Shown: in pieces, positions 55,986-64,000 of the stretch
Numbering within the stretch: the stretch's first letter is position 1
Layout of the letters: every line of letters begins with the position of its first letter
Origin: a virus
DNA: 64,000 bases
Reading direction: 5' to 3' (one strand)
IMG/VR virus record: IMGVR_UViG_3300009314_000007
Span: 32,001 to 96,000 of that record
Translations under genes and position numbers: made by a program
Notes under the pieces: model-generated
What the model was told of the DNA's origin: nothing
Databases searched by the model: none
Seen by the model: only the letters and a program-made list of their open reading frames with translations

Positions 55986-56477
55986 ATGGAAGTCATCTGT
56001 CACAAGAAGTGTCGCGACTGGCTTGGCTTCTTAATCAAGTTGTTCACGTGGGGGCCGTACAGTCACACAGAGCTGCGATTTTCGGACGACGTGTGTTTTT
56101 CCGCTTCCTGGGTAAAGGAGCGGCGGGGCTTTTTGGGTCTCTTTGGAGTTCGAGCTGGCACGAGGTTCAAAAAGATCGAGCTGAAGCCCGAACGATGGGA
56201 CCGCTGGAAGATCACTCTTAGTCCGGAGGAGGAGGCCAAGATTCGAGCTTGGTGCAAGCAGCGGGCGGGGCGTCCGTACGACATACTGGGTATCCTTGGC
56301 TTTGTTCTCTTCAAGGACATCGACGCTCCATTCGCTTGGTATTGCTCGGAGATCAGTTCCCGAGCACTTACCGTCTTCGGGATCTTCAGGTTTCCAAGCC
56401 AGATTTCTCCTAACGGCATGGCTCGCATCATGCGAGCGCACCCGAACATTTTCCAGCCAGTCACAGAGAGCGAGTAA
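55986..56477 (+). CDS. Permuted papain-like (NlpC/P60, YaeF/YiiX-type) protein
   Basis: YSHTEL ... GRPYD ... WYCSEI (His before Cys). Confidence 0.7.
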   Translation: MEVICHKKCRDWLGFLIKLFTWGPYSHTELRFSDDVCFSASWVKERRGFLGLFGVRAGTRFKKIELKPERWDRWKITLSPEEEAKIRAWCKQRAGRPYDILGILGFVLFKDIDAPFAWYCSEISSRALTVFGIFRFPSQISPNGMARIMRAHPNIFQPVTESE

Positions 56478-56482
56478 CACGG

Positions 56483-58435
56483 ATGGTCGCTTCCTCAGTT
56501 TCCAATAGCAGTTTCTTCTCGCCGTACGGCGCCATGGGCACAGGACGCACGGGGGACTTCTTCCCGTCACCTTGGTTCGATATGGCAACGGCAAGTATGC
56601 CCGACACCAATCGCAACGCGCTGGAGTGGTGCGAGTTCATCTGGCAATCACACGGCACTTTCCGGATGGGGCATGAGAGGATCATCTCCTACTTCCTCAC
56701 GGACATCGAGCTGGGTGCTCCGGACCCGGACAAGTCACTTGGCGAGGACGAAAAAGAGAAGTGGGAAAGCGTGTTGCGAGACACGCTGGGCGGCCTGGAG
56801 GCTGTGCAGGCAATGGACAGGGACAGGGCTTGTTACGGCAACTCGTTTGCATCCCTGGTTGTGCCGTTCGTACGCTTCCTGCGGTGCCCGAAGTGCAAGA
56901 AGGCGATGTTCAAGTTGGAGGAGATGGAGCGGTCCTCGGTCTTCAATCTTGAGTGGGATGGCAGCAACTTCCAGTTTGTCGCCGACTGCCCCATCTGCAA
57001 GCACCACGGACCATGGCAGATCGACGATCAACCGGACGATCTGGAGAAGAAGCTCAAGGTCAAGATCTGGTCGCCGCACGAAATGGAGATCAAGTGCGAC
57101 ATCTACTCCGGGGACTGCACTTACTACTGGCGAATCCCGGAGGAGTACCGGAAGGCCATTCGGGGCGGCGACATGTACCAGATCGCTCGCTGCCCGACGA
57201 AGGTGTTGAAGGCGATCAAGCATAACCTGAACTTCCGCTTCGCCCCGGATGCGTTGTTCCACATGAAGGAACCAACCCTGGGCGGTATCCGCTCCCGTGG
57301 CTGGGGGCTATCCCGTACGCTGACCAACTTCCGCAACGTTTTCTACGTCCAGGTGCTTCGACGATACAACGAGGCCATTGCGCTGGACTACATCATCCCG
57401 TTTCGGGTGATTACTCCGGATGTGCGGCCCACCGCGGGCGGCATTGGCGGCGCCGAGATCGCAGAGCCACTCCGCATGAACGACATGGGGGACTTCACGG
57501 CCCAGGTGCGGCAGATGCTTCGCCGTCGTCGTCGCAACCCGGCGACCTGGAACGTCATTCCTTACCCGCTCAAGTACCAGGCGCTGGGTGGGGAGGCGAG
57601 TCAGCTCGTGCCGAAGGACATGATGGACCAGGGCAACGAGGAGTTGCTCAATGCCATTGGCACGCCCATGGAGCTGTATCGAGGTACGATGCAGTTGCAG
57701 GCGGCGCCCGTCTCGCTGCGGCTGTTCGAGGCCACGCATCACAGCCTGGTTTACGACAACAATCGCTTCTTGCGATGGCTGGCAACGCAAGTTGGGCAGA
57801 TTCTGTCGTTGGCGCCTATCTTGGCCACGATGAAGCGCGTGACGCATGCGGACGACTTCAACAAGATGATGGCCTCGCTCCAGTTGATGATGGGTCAGAC
57901 GATCAGTCAGACCACAGGCCTCAAGGGAATGGGCATCGACTTCAAGGACGAGCAGCGTCTGATCGGGGAGGAGGCCCGCTACCAGCAGGAGCTTCAGGCC
58001 AGAATCCAAGAGGAGATGGCCCAATCGGCCTTCGGCGAGCAGATCGCCCGAGGCCAGATGGCTCCCGGACAGGCAGCAATGGGTGGCGGTATGCCTCCGG
58101 GCGGCGATCCCGCGATGGGTGGAGCGGGTGGAATGCCTCCGGGCGGCGATCCTGCCGCAATGGGCGGGGCTGGCGGTGCGGGCCCGGTTACTGGTATGTT
58201 GATGGGGCCAAATACGCCGGTGACTCCGGAAGACATGCTGGCTCAAGCTCAGTCTCTAGCTCAGTCTTTGCTTGGACTTCCAGAAACGCAAAAGGACAGC
58301 GAGCTTCGCGCTTTGAAGCAGAAGAATGAGGTTTTGCATGCACTTGTTACCGCGCAAATCAAACAAATACGACAATCGGCGCAGAGCGCAGGGCAATCCC
58401 TGCTTCTGGGGCAACAACCAGCAATGGCGCAATAA
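56483..58435 (+). CDS. Probable portal protein with Zn-finger insertion
   Basis: 650 aa, FPSPWFD..MP..ALEWC N-terminus, YGNSF, FHMKE...WGLS, IIPFRVI, LGGE; helical C-terminus; CPKC/CPIC insert. Confidence 0.6.
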   Translation: MVASSVSNSSFFSPYGAMGTGRTGDFFPSPWFDMATASMPDTNRNALEWCEFIWQSHGTFRMGHERIISYFLTDIELGAPDPDKSLGEDEKEKWESVLRDTLGGLEAVQAMDRDRACYGNSFASLVVPFVRFLRCPKCKKAMFKLEEMERSSVFNLEWDGSNFQFVADCPICKHHGPWQIDDQPDDLEKKLKVKIWSPHEMEIKCDIYSGDCTYYWRIPEEYRKAIRGGDMYQIARCPTKVLKAIKHNLNFRFAPDALFHMKEPTLGGIRSRGWGLSRTLTNFRNVFYVQVLRRYNEAIALDYIIPFRVITPDVRPTAGGIGGAEIAEPLRMNDMGDFTAQVRQMLRRRRRNPATWNVIPYPLKYQALGGEASQLVPKDMMDQGNEELLNAIGTPMELYRGTMQLQAAPVSLRLFEATHHSLVYDNNRFLRWLATQVGQILSLAPILATMKRVTHADDFNKMMASLQLMMGQTISQTTGLKGMGIDFKDEQRLIGEEARYQQELQARIQEEMAQSAFGEQIARGQMAPGQAAMGGGMPPGGDPAMGGAGGMPPGGDPAAMGGAGGAGPVTGMLMGPNTPVTPEDMLAQAQSLAQSLLGLPETQKDSELRALKQKNEVLHALVTAQIKQIRQSAQSAGQSLLLGQQPAMAQ

Positions 58436-58437
58436 AT

Positions 58438-58468
58438 GAGCCAGCGAAGTCGATAGCTTCGCTGGCTC
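58438..58468. terminator. 12-bp hairpin between portal and HNH gene (no U-tract)
   Basis: GAGCCAGCGAAG/CTTCGCTGGCTC. Confidence 0.45.
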
Positions 58469-58497
58469 GGACAATCCAATCTGAGAAGGAGATTGAA

Positions 58498-59412
58498 ATG
58501 CCAAAAAGCTATTCTAAGCCAACTGCTCGTAATTTCATAGATCTTGAAGGCCAGAGATCCGGTCGCCTGCTGGTCTTAGCTTTCCGCGGTATGCGAGACG
58601 AGAAGAGCTGGTGGCTTTGCCGCTGTGATTGCGGGACTCGCAAGGTGGTTGAAGGCTACTTGTTACGTTCCAAAAGGACGAAGTCTTGCGGCTGCTTGCA
58701 GCGAGAGCGGGCCGCGGATACTGGCAGAGCTTCGGCACGCCCGAATAGTTTGCGGAGGCAGTATCCGAAAGAGTATCGAGCCTGGGTGTCCGCTCGGCAG
58801 CGTTGTCGAGACCCCCAGCATCATTCCTATTCGGAGTATGGGGGGCGAGGCATCACGTTTTCAGAGGAGTGGGATGCTTTCAGCGACTTCCTTGCCGATG
58901 TAGGGCTAGCGCCTCTTCGAGCGACTCTGGATCGCAAAGACAATAACGAGGGCTACCGTCCCGGGAATTGCCGGTGGACTTCCATGCGGACGCAGATTCG
59001 GAATCGTCGGAACACGCTATGGCTGGAATACGACGGCGAGAGGAGACCGCTAGCTGAGTGGGCCGAAATTGTCGGGATAAGCTACATGACCTTGCGGGGG
59101 AGGCTGCGTGCGGGCTGGGCCGCTTGGGCTATTCTGGCAATTCCGGTGGGGGAGGCCCGATACCGGCTAACTTCGCGAGAGCGCAGGAAGAGGCTTCTAG
59201 CCCGGCGGAGGCTACAGTACGCCATGAAGACTGGCAAAGTTGTTCGACCAGACCGTTGCGAAGACTGCAATAGCAGCGACGGGGTACAAGGGCATCATCA
59301 TCTCGGTTATGATGGCGACAATGTGTATCGGGTGCGCTGGCTGTGCTCGGGATGTCATACTGAAGCAGAACAAGGGCAAGGAGGCCGTAGAGAAGGGTGT
59401 TTCCGTGTCTAA
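58498..59412 (+). CDS. HNH homing endonuclease with second HNH-like C-terminal module
   Basis: WLCRCDCG, KSCGC, YGGRGI, TLDRKDNNEGYRPGNCRW; C-terminal CEDC..GHHH..VRWLCSGCH. Confidence 0.85.
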   Translation: MPKSYSKPTARNFIDLEGQRSGRLLVLAFRGMRDEKSWWLCRCDCGTRKVVEGYLLRSKRTKSCGCLQRERAADTGRASARPNSLRRQYPKEYRAWVSARQRCRDPQHHSYSEYGGRGITFSEEWDAFSDFLADVGLAPLRATLDRKDNNEGYRPGNCRWTSMRTQIRNRRNTLWLEYDGERRPLAEWAEIVGISYMTLRGRLRAGWAAWAILAIPVGEARYRLTSRERRKRLLARRRLQYAMKTGKVVRPDRCEDCNSSDGVQGHHHLGYDGDNVYRVRWLCSGCHTEAEQGQGGRREGCFRV

Positions 59413-60259
59413 GTTTGAGTTCGGTAGTTATGAGTCTCTTTGCGAGATCACGGTCCCCACTAAGAATGCGCTCGTTCTCGTCTGCCCGGTCTGGCAAGCC
59501 TACGTATATTTCCGGAAGACCGTGGAAAGTTTTTTCCGCTATACTCCTCTTGAGTTGAACCCGATCTGTATTGCCCTGGATGACGCAACTTCCTCTCCGC
59601 AATTTCGGGAGCAGAACTGGGACTATTTCTACGCGGGGCCGTCATTGGATCGTGCCTTACCTCGTGAGCGGATTTGCCACCGATACTTCCACGAAAACGC
59701 AGGGCTTACGCGGTCTTGGAATGCGGGGCTGTCAATTGCGAGAGAGCTTGGAGCCCAGTACGCCATCGCCGGGAATGCCGATATTCTTTTCACACCGGGC
59801 TGGGAAAGAGCCCTTATCCATTTTCTGAATCAGGGTGTGCGACTGGTTGGTCCTGTGACCAATGCGCCGGGCCGGACCAATCGACAGCGGCAGAGTGTTC
59901 GCAACTACTTCCCGAACTATAAGGTCAACGACGACCGAGAGTACCTGCACAAAGTGGCTGGCTACCTCTGGCGCAACCACGGGGTCGAAACGATTCGGTA
60001 CATGATGATCAATGGCTTCTTCACCATGTCCACTCTGGCTCACTGGTTCGAGGGCGCCTTCGACCCGCACCACGTATTCGATCCTAGCAAAAAGATGCAG
60101 GGGAACGAGGACGAGTTGGAGGTTCGGTGGCAGCGCAAGCACTGGAAGATCGGCTTCGTGCCCGGGTCTTTTGTGTTTCATTTTCGGGCGGCGTCTCGGG
60201 GCCAGAAGTTCTGTCACACGGGATGGATGCGCACCAACGATCCCCACAAACCAGTTTAG
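59405..60259 (+). CDS. Glycosyltransferase family 2-like
   Basis: VCPVW, ALDDA, NAGLTRSWNAGL, GNADI, VGPVTN, GNEDE, FVFH. Confidence 0.8.
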   Translation: MSKFEFGSYESLCEITVPTKNALVLVCPVWQAYVYFRKTVESFFRYTPLELNPICIALDDATSSPQFREQNWDYFYAGPSLDRALPRERICHRYFHENAGLTRSWNAGLSIARELGAQYAIAGNADILFTPGWERALIHFLNQGVRLVGPVTNAPGRTNRQRQSVRNYFPNYKVNDDREYLHKVAGYLWRNHGVETIRYMMINGFFTMSTLAHWFEGAFDPHHVFDPSKKMQGNEDELEVRWQRKHWKIGFVPGSFVFHFRAASRGQKFCHTGWMRTNDPHKPV

Positions 60260-60268
60260 GAGTCGGGC

Positions 60269-60922
60269 ATGATAACGTACACCGCGATCCTGGGTGGGTT
60301 TCCGGATAGGCTCCATCAACCCGCGGAGGGTTTCGGCCAGCAGAACTCCGTCGCTTTCGTAGATGGCAGTCCCGATTTCTTGGCGCCCGATTTTAAGGAC
60401 GGCTGGGAGCTGATTCCAACAAACGCCAGAGCGAACCCTCGGAGAACGGCAAGACTGCTCAAGGTCTTGGCCCACAAGACGTTCCCCGGCGCCGAGTACA
60501 CTTTATGGGTCGATGGCTGCCTCACCCCGCTGACTCCGATGTGGCAGCTCGTCGATCAGTTCCTGTGCAACCACGACATTTGCGTCTTCGAGCATCTGGA
60601 GCGGGGCTGTGTGTATCGGGAGCTGGAGGCCTGCATCCGGCTGAAGAAGGACGACCCGGCGGTCATGCGGCAGCAGGTGAATGGCTATCGCGAGGAGGGC
60701 TACCCGTACAACCATGGACTAGGCGAGACCACGGCGGTGCTTCGCAGACACAATGAAGTCACCGAGGCGCTTAACGAGGCGTGGTGGGCTGAGATCGAGA
60801 AGGGGAGTTTGAGAGACCAGCTCAGTTTCAACTACGTGTGCTGGAAGCTCGGCGCGGATTACGCCACTTTCGAGGGAAACAGAACGAAGAGTCCGCATTT
60901 CAAACACCGGCCCCACCGATGA
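60269..60922 (+). CDS. DUF616-like glycosyltransferase
   Basis: YTAILGG.D, KVLAH, LWVDG, H.ER.CVY.E, RDQLSFNY. Confidence 0.82.
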   Translation: MITYTAILGGFPDRLHQPAEGFGQQNSVAFVDGSPDFLAPDFKDGWELIPTNARANPRRTARLLKVLAHKTFPGAEYTLWVDGCLTPLTPMWQLVDQFLCNHDICVFEHLERGCVYRELEACIRLKKDDPAVMRQQVNGYREEGYPYNHGLGETTAVLRRHNEVTEALNEAWWAEIEKGSLRDQLSFNYVCWKLGADYATFEGNRTKSPHFKHRPHR

Positions 60923-61956
60923 CTCCAACGACAATAGGAATTCACGCTCCGTACACTTGGGGCGAGACGACGTACATGGCGTTGACCCTGGCGGACCTGG
61001 CGGTTCGGTTCGGGCTCCGCACTTCTTTGCTGCCTACGAATGTCCATGCAGGGCCGGTTCACTTGCGGTGGGACCCGCATGTGTTGAGCAAGCACACAGA
61101 TTTTCGTCTTTGGGCTCGCGATTGTTCCCATGTGGTCTGGTTCGACGTGCAGCAAAACAAGCTGCTCGACGTGAAGGACAAGCCCACCAAGCACGTCCTC
61201 GTGTTGCTTTGGCATCGGCTTCGACTCAAAGACTTGGAGATCCTGCCACTCTACGACTATGTGGTGTGCCCGCACGCACGGGCCATGGAGGTGCTTTCCG
61301 GCAAGGTGGAGGCGAACTACGTGGCAGCGCCCTGGGACCCGGGCGGCTCGATAGTCGATAGTCCCCAGCGGTACGGCGGGGATCGGTTGCTTGTGGTTCT
61401 CGACCCGCACACCACCGAGACGATAGGCCATTTCCTGCTTCACTCCCTGCATGCTCTCCTGGATGCTTTGCCACGGTTGCAGCTCACTGTCTGGCATGAC
61501 AAACGATGGACCACGGCGGCGCACAGGGCGTACGGGGAGCTGATGGCGAAGCACGGGCAGAGGATTCACACCATCCGCAAGCCAACGGACGTGCAGAGGT
61601 CCCAGGCTTACGCCACGCACGACTGGGTCTTCTACCCGTCGATCAGGGACAACGCAAGCCTTCCGCTGCTGGAGGGCCTGTATGCGTCTCGGCCTGGAAT
61701 CGCCTTCAGTAGCCTGCCGCAGGTGGAGGTGCTCACGCAAGGACATGACGGTATGCTGATTCCGTGTGGTAGCCAGGAGACTGCTCTGGGCTCGCACGAA
61801 GTCCAGGTGGACCGGCACTTATTGGCCGACGAGTTGCATAAGATCTTGGCGGATGAGGCGATCTACACTAGACTGAGTCAAACTGACTGGTGGGAATTGT
61901 TGCCCCGGAGATACAAGTTTCAGCGTGTTTGGAAGCAAGTATGGGATTGTCCGTAG
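60919..61956 (+). CDS. GT-B fold glycosyltransferase (GT4-like)
   Basis: YDYVVCP, DWVFYPSIRDNASLPLLEGL...EVL..GHDGML. Confidence 0.72.
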   Translation: MTPTTIGIHAPYTWGETTYMALTLADLAVRFGLRTSLLPTNVHAGPVHLRWDPHVLSKHTDFRLWARDCSHVVWFDVQQNKLLDVKDKPTKHVLVLLWHRLRLKDLEILPLYDYVVCPHARAMEVLSGKVEANYVAAPWDPGGSIVDSPQRYGGDRLLVVLDPHTTETIGHFLLHSLHALLDALPRLQLTVWHDKRWTTAAHRAYGELMAKHGQRIHTIRKPTDVQRSQAYATHDWVFYPSIRDNASLPLLEGLYASRPGIAFSSLPQVEVLTQGHDGMLIPCGSQETALGSHEVQVDRHLLADELHKILADEAIYTRLSQTDWWELLPRRYKFQRVWKQVWDCP

Positions 61957-61966
61957 GAGAATAGCG

Positions 61967-62266
61967 ATGGACCCTGGATTACGTGCTCGCTCGGGTAATG
62001 TGGACTCTGACGACCAACTTGTCGGGTTCCTATATGAGCTGATGCGGGATCATCTTCCGTGCGGTGTGGTCGAAAGGCTGGTGAGTAACAGCAACCCGGC
62101 CAACACGTCAAATGGTGGCAACTGCCGCTTTACCAATGGCTTCCTGGCCAACTACGCGAAGGATTTGAGCCAGAGACTTAGAGGAGACAGAGATGGATGC
62201 TGTTCAACTCGGGAAGGAAGCGGCTCGTCGGACGACAGCGAAGAGCCGCCAGGTGAAAGTGAATAA
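61967..62266 (+). CDS. Conserved-type phage hypothetical protein
   Basis: AGGAG SD; LVGFLYELMRDHLP.G.VE...FTNGFLA.YA. Confidence 0.7.
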   Translation: MDPGLRARSGNVDSDDQLVGFLYELMRDHLPCGVVERLVSNSNPANTSNGGNCRFTNGFLANYAKDLSQRLRGDRDGCCSTREGSGSSDDSEEPPGESE

Positions 62267-62359
62267 GCCGGGTGGCCTCGCGGAGGCTATCCGGGCAACC
62301 AAGGCAGATCCCAAGGACGGGCGGCAGTTGCCGTGGTCTTATGGAGAAAAGAGGCGGAG

Positions 62360-62884
62360 ATGAACCAGGGATTGGTTTTGATGCCGGTGAGTCCAGGAGA
62401 GTTATTGGACCGGTTGACTATTCTGAATGTCAAGCAGGACAAGCTCGATGGTGATAAGCAGATCGCAGCTTTGGAGTTGTCGATGGAGCTGCACGAGGTG
62501 GCTGACCCGCTCCTCGACAAGCCGGGTGTTTCCCTCGTTGCCGATCAACTGTACGAGATCAACACGCAGTTGTGGGAGGTGGAGGACCATTTGCGGGCTG
62601 CTGACGGGCAGGTGTTCCCGATCACTGTCGGGCGGACGATTACCGAGGAGACCGTGAGGTATTGCTCGCTGGCTCGGCTCGTTTACAACCTCAACGATCA
62701 GCGATGTGGTTTGAAGCGAGAGCTTGATGAGATGCTTGGCGGTGTCGTCGAGCCGAAACAATACGCCGAATACGAGAGATCCCATGACAGAGGACGCCCC
62801 GCGGAAGAAAGTGATCAAGAAGAAGGTCATCAGGAAAGTGGCGAAGAAGCCCCAGGAAGCCCCCGCGGCGAGCCCCGTGGATGA
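62360..62884 (+). CDS. DUF6165-like protein
   Basis: PVSPGELLDRLTIL.VK, INTQLWEVED.LR, LARLVY.LND.R..LK, EPKQY. Confidence 0.78.
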   Translation: MNQGLVLMPVSPGELLDRLTILNVKQDKLDGDKQIAALELSMELHEVADPLLDKPGVSLVADQLYEINTQLWEVEDHLRAADGQVFPITVGRTITEETVRYCSLARLVYNLNDQRCGLKRELDEMLGGVVEPKQYAEYERSHDRGRPAEESDQEEGHQESGEEAPGSPRGEPRG

Positions 62885-64000
62885 CATCGACATCCCGACC
62901 GTCGGACCGGTGATGAAGGACTACGATGTCCAGGACGCCTTCGAGTACGACACGGCCTTCAACATGGCCTTTATTGGAGCCGGTGAGGCGGGCGGCCGGA
63001 TCGTGGAAACATTCTACGGCCTCGGCTACCGGCGATTGGCTGCTATCAATGGCGGCGACGAGATCAACCAGTTGCCCGGGGAGATCGCGGCGCTGGATCT
63101 GCGTACCGGCGGGGCGGGCAAAGATCCCCAACTCGGCGCCGCGCAGATTCGAGACCGCGAGGAGGAGATCTTCGAGCTGATGACTCGGGGTTTCGGGAAG
63201 AACCCTGACTTCATCCTGGTGTGTGCCGGTTTTGGCGGCGGTACTGGCGGCGGTGCGGCGCCCAAGCTGATCGACGTGGCTCGCAAGTACATGACGGAGC
63301 GGGGGAAAGACCCCGGCAGAGTCGGAGCCATCGTGACGCTGCCACATCACGCCGAGGGCTACACACCTTGCCGTAACGCGGTGACGTGTTTCAAGCAGGT
63401 TTTTGAGAAGAGACCCTCACCACTTCTGATTATCGACAACCTTCGGATTGGGGAGCTAGCACCAGATGCCGAAAAAGGCTGGAGAAAAATCTACCGTTAC
63501 GCCAACGCGCAAGTTGCCAAGCTCTTCCATCTCTTTAATCGCTTTGCTGCGACAAGAAGTGAAATCCTTACCTTCGACCGAGCGGACTTCGCTTCTCTCC
63601 TTGATTCAGGAATTTGTGTCTTCGGGGCCTCTGCTATCGGGACTTACGACAGCCCAGCAGACATTTCTGAAGCAATCCGCGAGCAGTTGGCGGCTACCGT
63701 CCTGGCCCAAGTCAGTCTCAAAGAAGGACAGAAAGCGGGCTGTCTCTTTGTTGGAAGCCCGGAAATTCTTGACTCAGTGCCAGTGGAGTTTTTTGATGGT
63801 GGGTTCACGATGCTCACCAGACTACTCCAAGAAAACAGCGTTGTGCATCGGGGTGTGTACGAAGGATCTCAGGCCGATTTGCGATGCTACACCATGCTCG
63901 CCGGTCTCCCTGCCCCATCCGAGCGTCTCAAAAAACTTGCCAGTTCAGGAGGATTAGCGGGCCAAGGAACGGCGGGTTTTCTCGGTGTTGATGACGGAGA
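62784..64000 (+). CDS. Tubulin/FtsZ-family GTPase (TubZ/PhuZ/CetZ-like), 3' end beyond window
   Basis: Manual translation: FIGAGEAGGRI, AAING, GGAGKDP, AGFGGGTGGG (tubulin signature), LIIDN, TFDRADF (T7 loop); Lys-rich N-terminus. Confidence 0.92.
   Translation, partial: MTEDAPRKKVIKKKVIRKVAKKPQEAPAASPVDDIDIPTVGPVMKDYDVQDAFEYDTAFNMAFIGAGEAGGRIVETFYGLGYRRLAAINGGDEINQLPGEIAALDLRTGGAGKDPQLGAAQIRDREEEIFELMTRGFGKNPDFILVCAGFGGGTGGGAAPKLIDVARKYMTERGKDPGRVGAIVTLPHHAEGYTPCRNAVTCFKQVFEKRPSPLLIIDNLRIGELAPDAEKGWRKIYRYANAQVAKLFHLFNRFAATRSEILTFDRADFASLLDSGICVFGASAIGTYDSPADISEAIREQLAATVLAQVSLKEGQKAGCLFVGSPEILDSVPVEFFDGGFTMLTRLLQENSVVHRGVYEGSQADLRCYTMLAGLPAPSERLKKLASSGGLAGQGTAGFLGVDDG

Noticed and set aside
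1-64000. Stop-codon reassignment as seen in some large phages
   Set aside because: TAG, TGA and TAA all end intact genes and core genes are uninterrupted under code 11

Overview
A 64-kb, GC-rich (roughly 60-62% by eye), densely coded segment of a large (probably jumbo) dsDNA tailed phage genome using the standard genetic code. A GpA-type large terminase on the minus strand (<1-1858, missed by the ORF track because it runs off the window) diverges from about 80 co-oriented plus-strand genes. These comprise small early-type genes; RNase H; an Mre11/Rad50 (SbcD/SbcC) pair; an SF2 helicase; DnaB-like helicase; primase; a family A DNA polymerase fused to a family-4 UDG-like domain; an SSB-like acidic protein; a RecA-like protein; DEDDh exonuclease; RuvC-like resolvase; DNA methyltransferase; a probable portal; three HNH genes; four glycosyltransferase-like genes; and a tubulin/FtsZ-family GTPase (62784->64000, also missed by the track). 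No tRNA, rRNA or CRISPR array was seen. The main unexplained signals are: (1) a 16-bp AT-rich palindrome, CA(A/C)TAACGTTA(T/G/A)TG core, found six times about 7-12.5 kb apart regardless of reading frame, together with a ParB/Spo0J-type DNA-binding protein that lacks the CTPase domain and a tubulin, a candidate phage chromosome organisation/segregation system; (2) an IS110/Nop-domain-like protein with an apparently dead RuvC next to a stand-alone Cas7-like RAMP inside the recombination operon, a candidate new RNA-guided module; (3) a KKKVVKKKVV(K/R)K peptide shared by four unrelated proteins; (4) several fragments resembling host RNA polymerase (alpha-CTD, sigma region 4, beta-prime jaw); and (5) several enzyme homologues that appear catalytically degenerate. 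All family calls come from motif recognition by eye and need HMM or structure confirmation.
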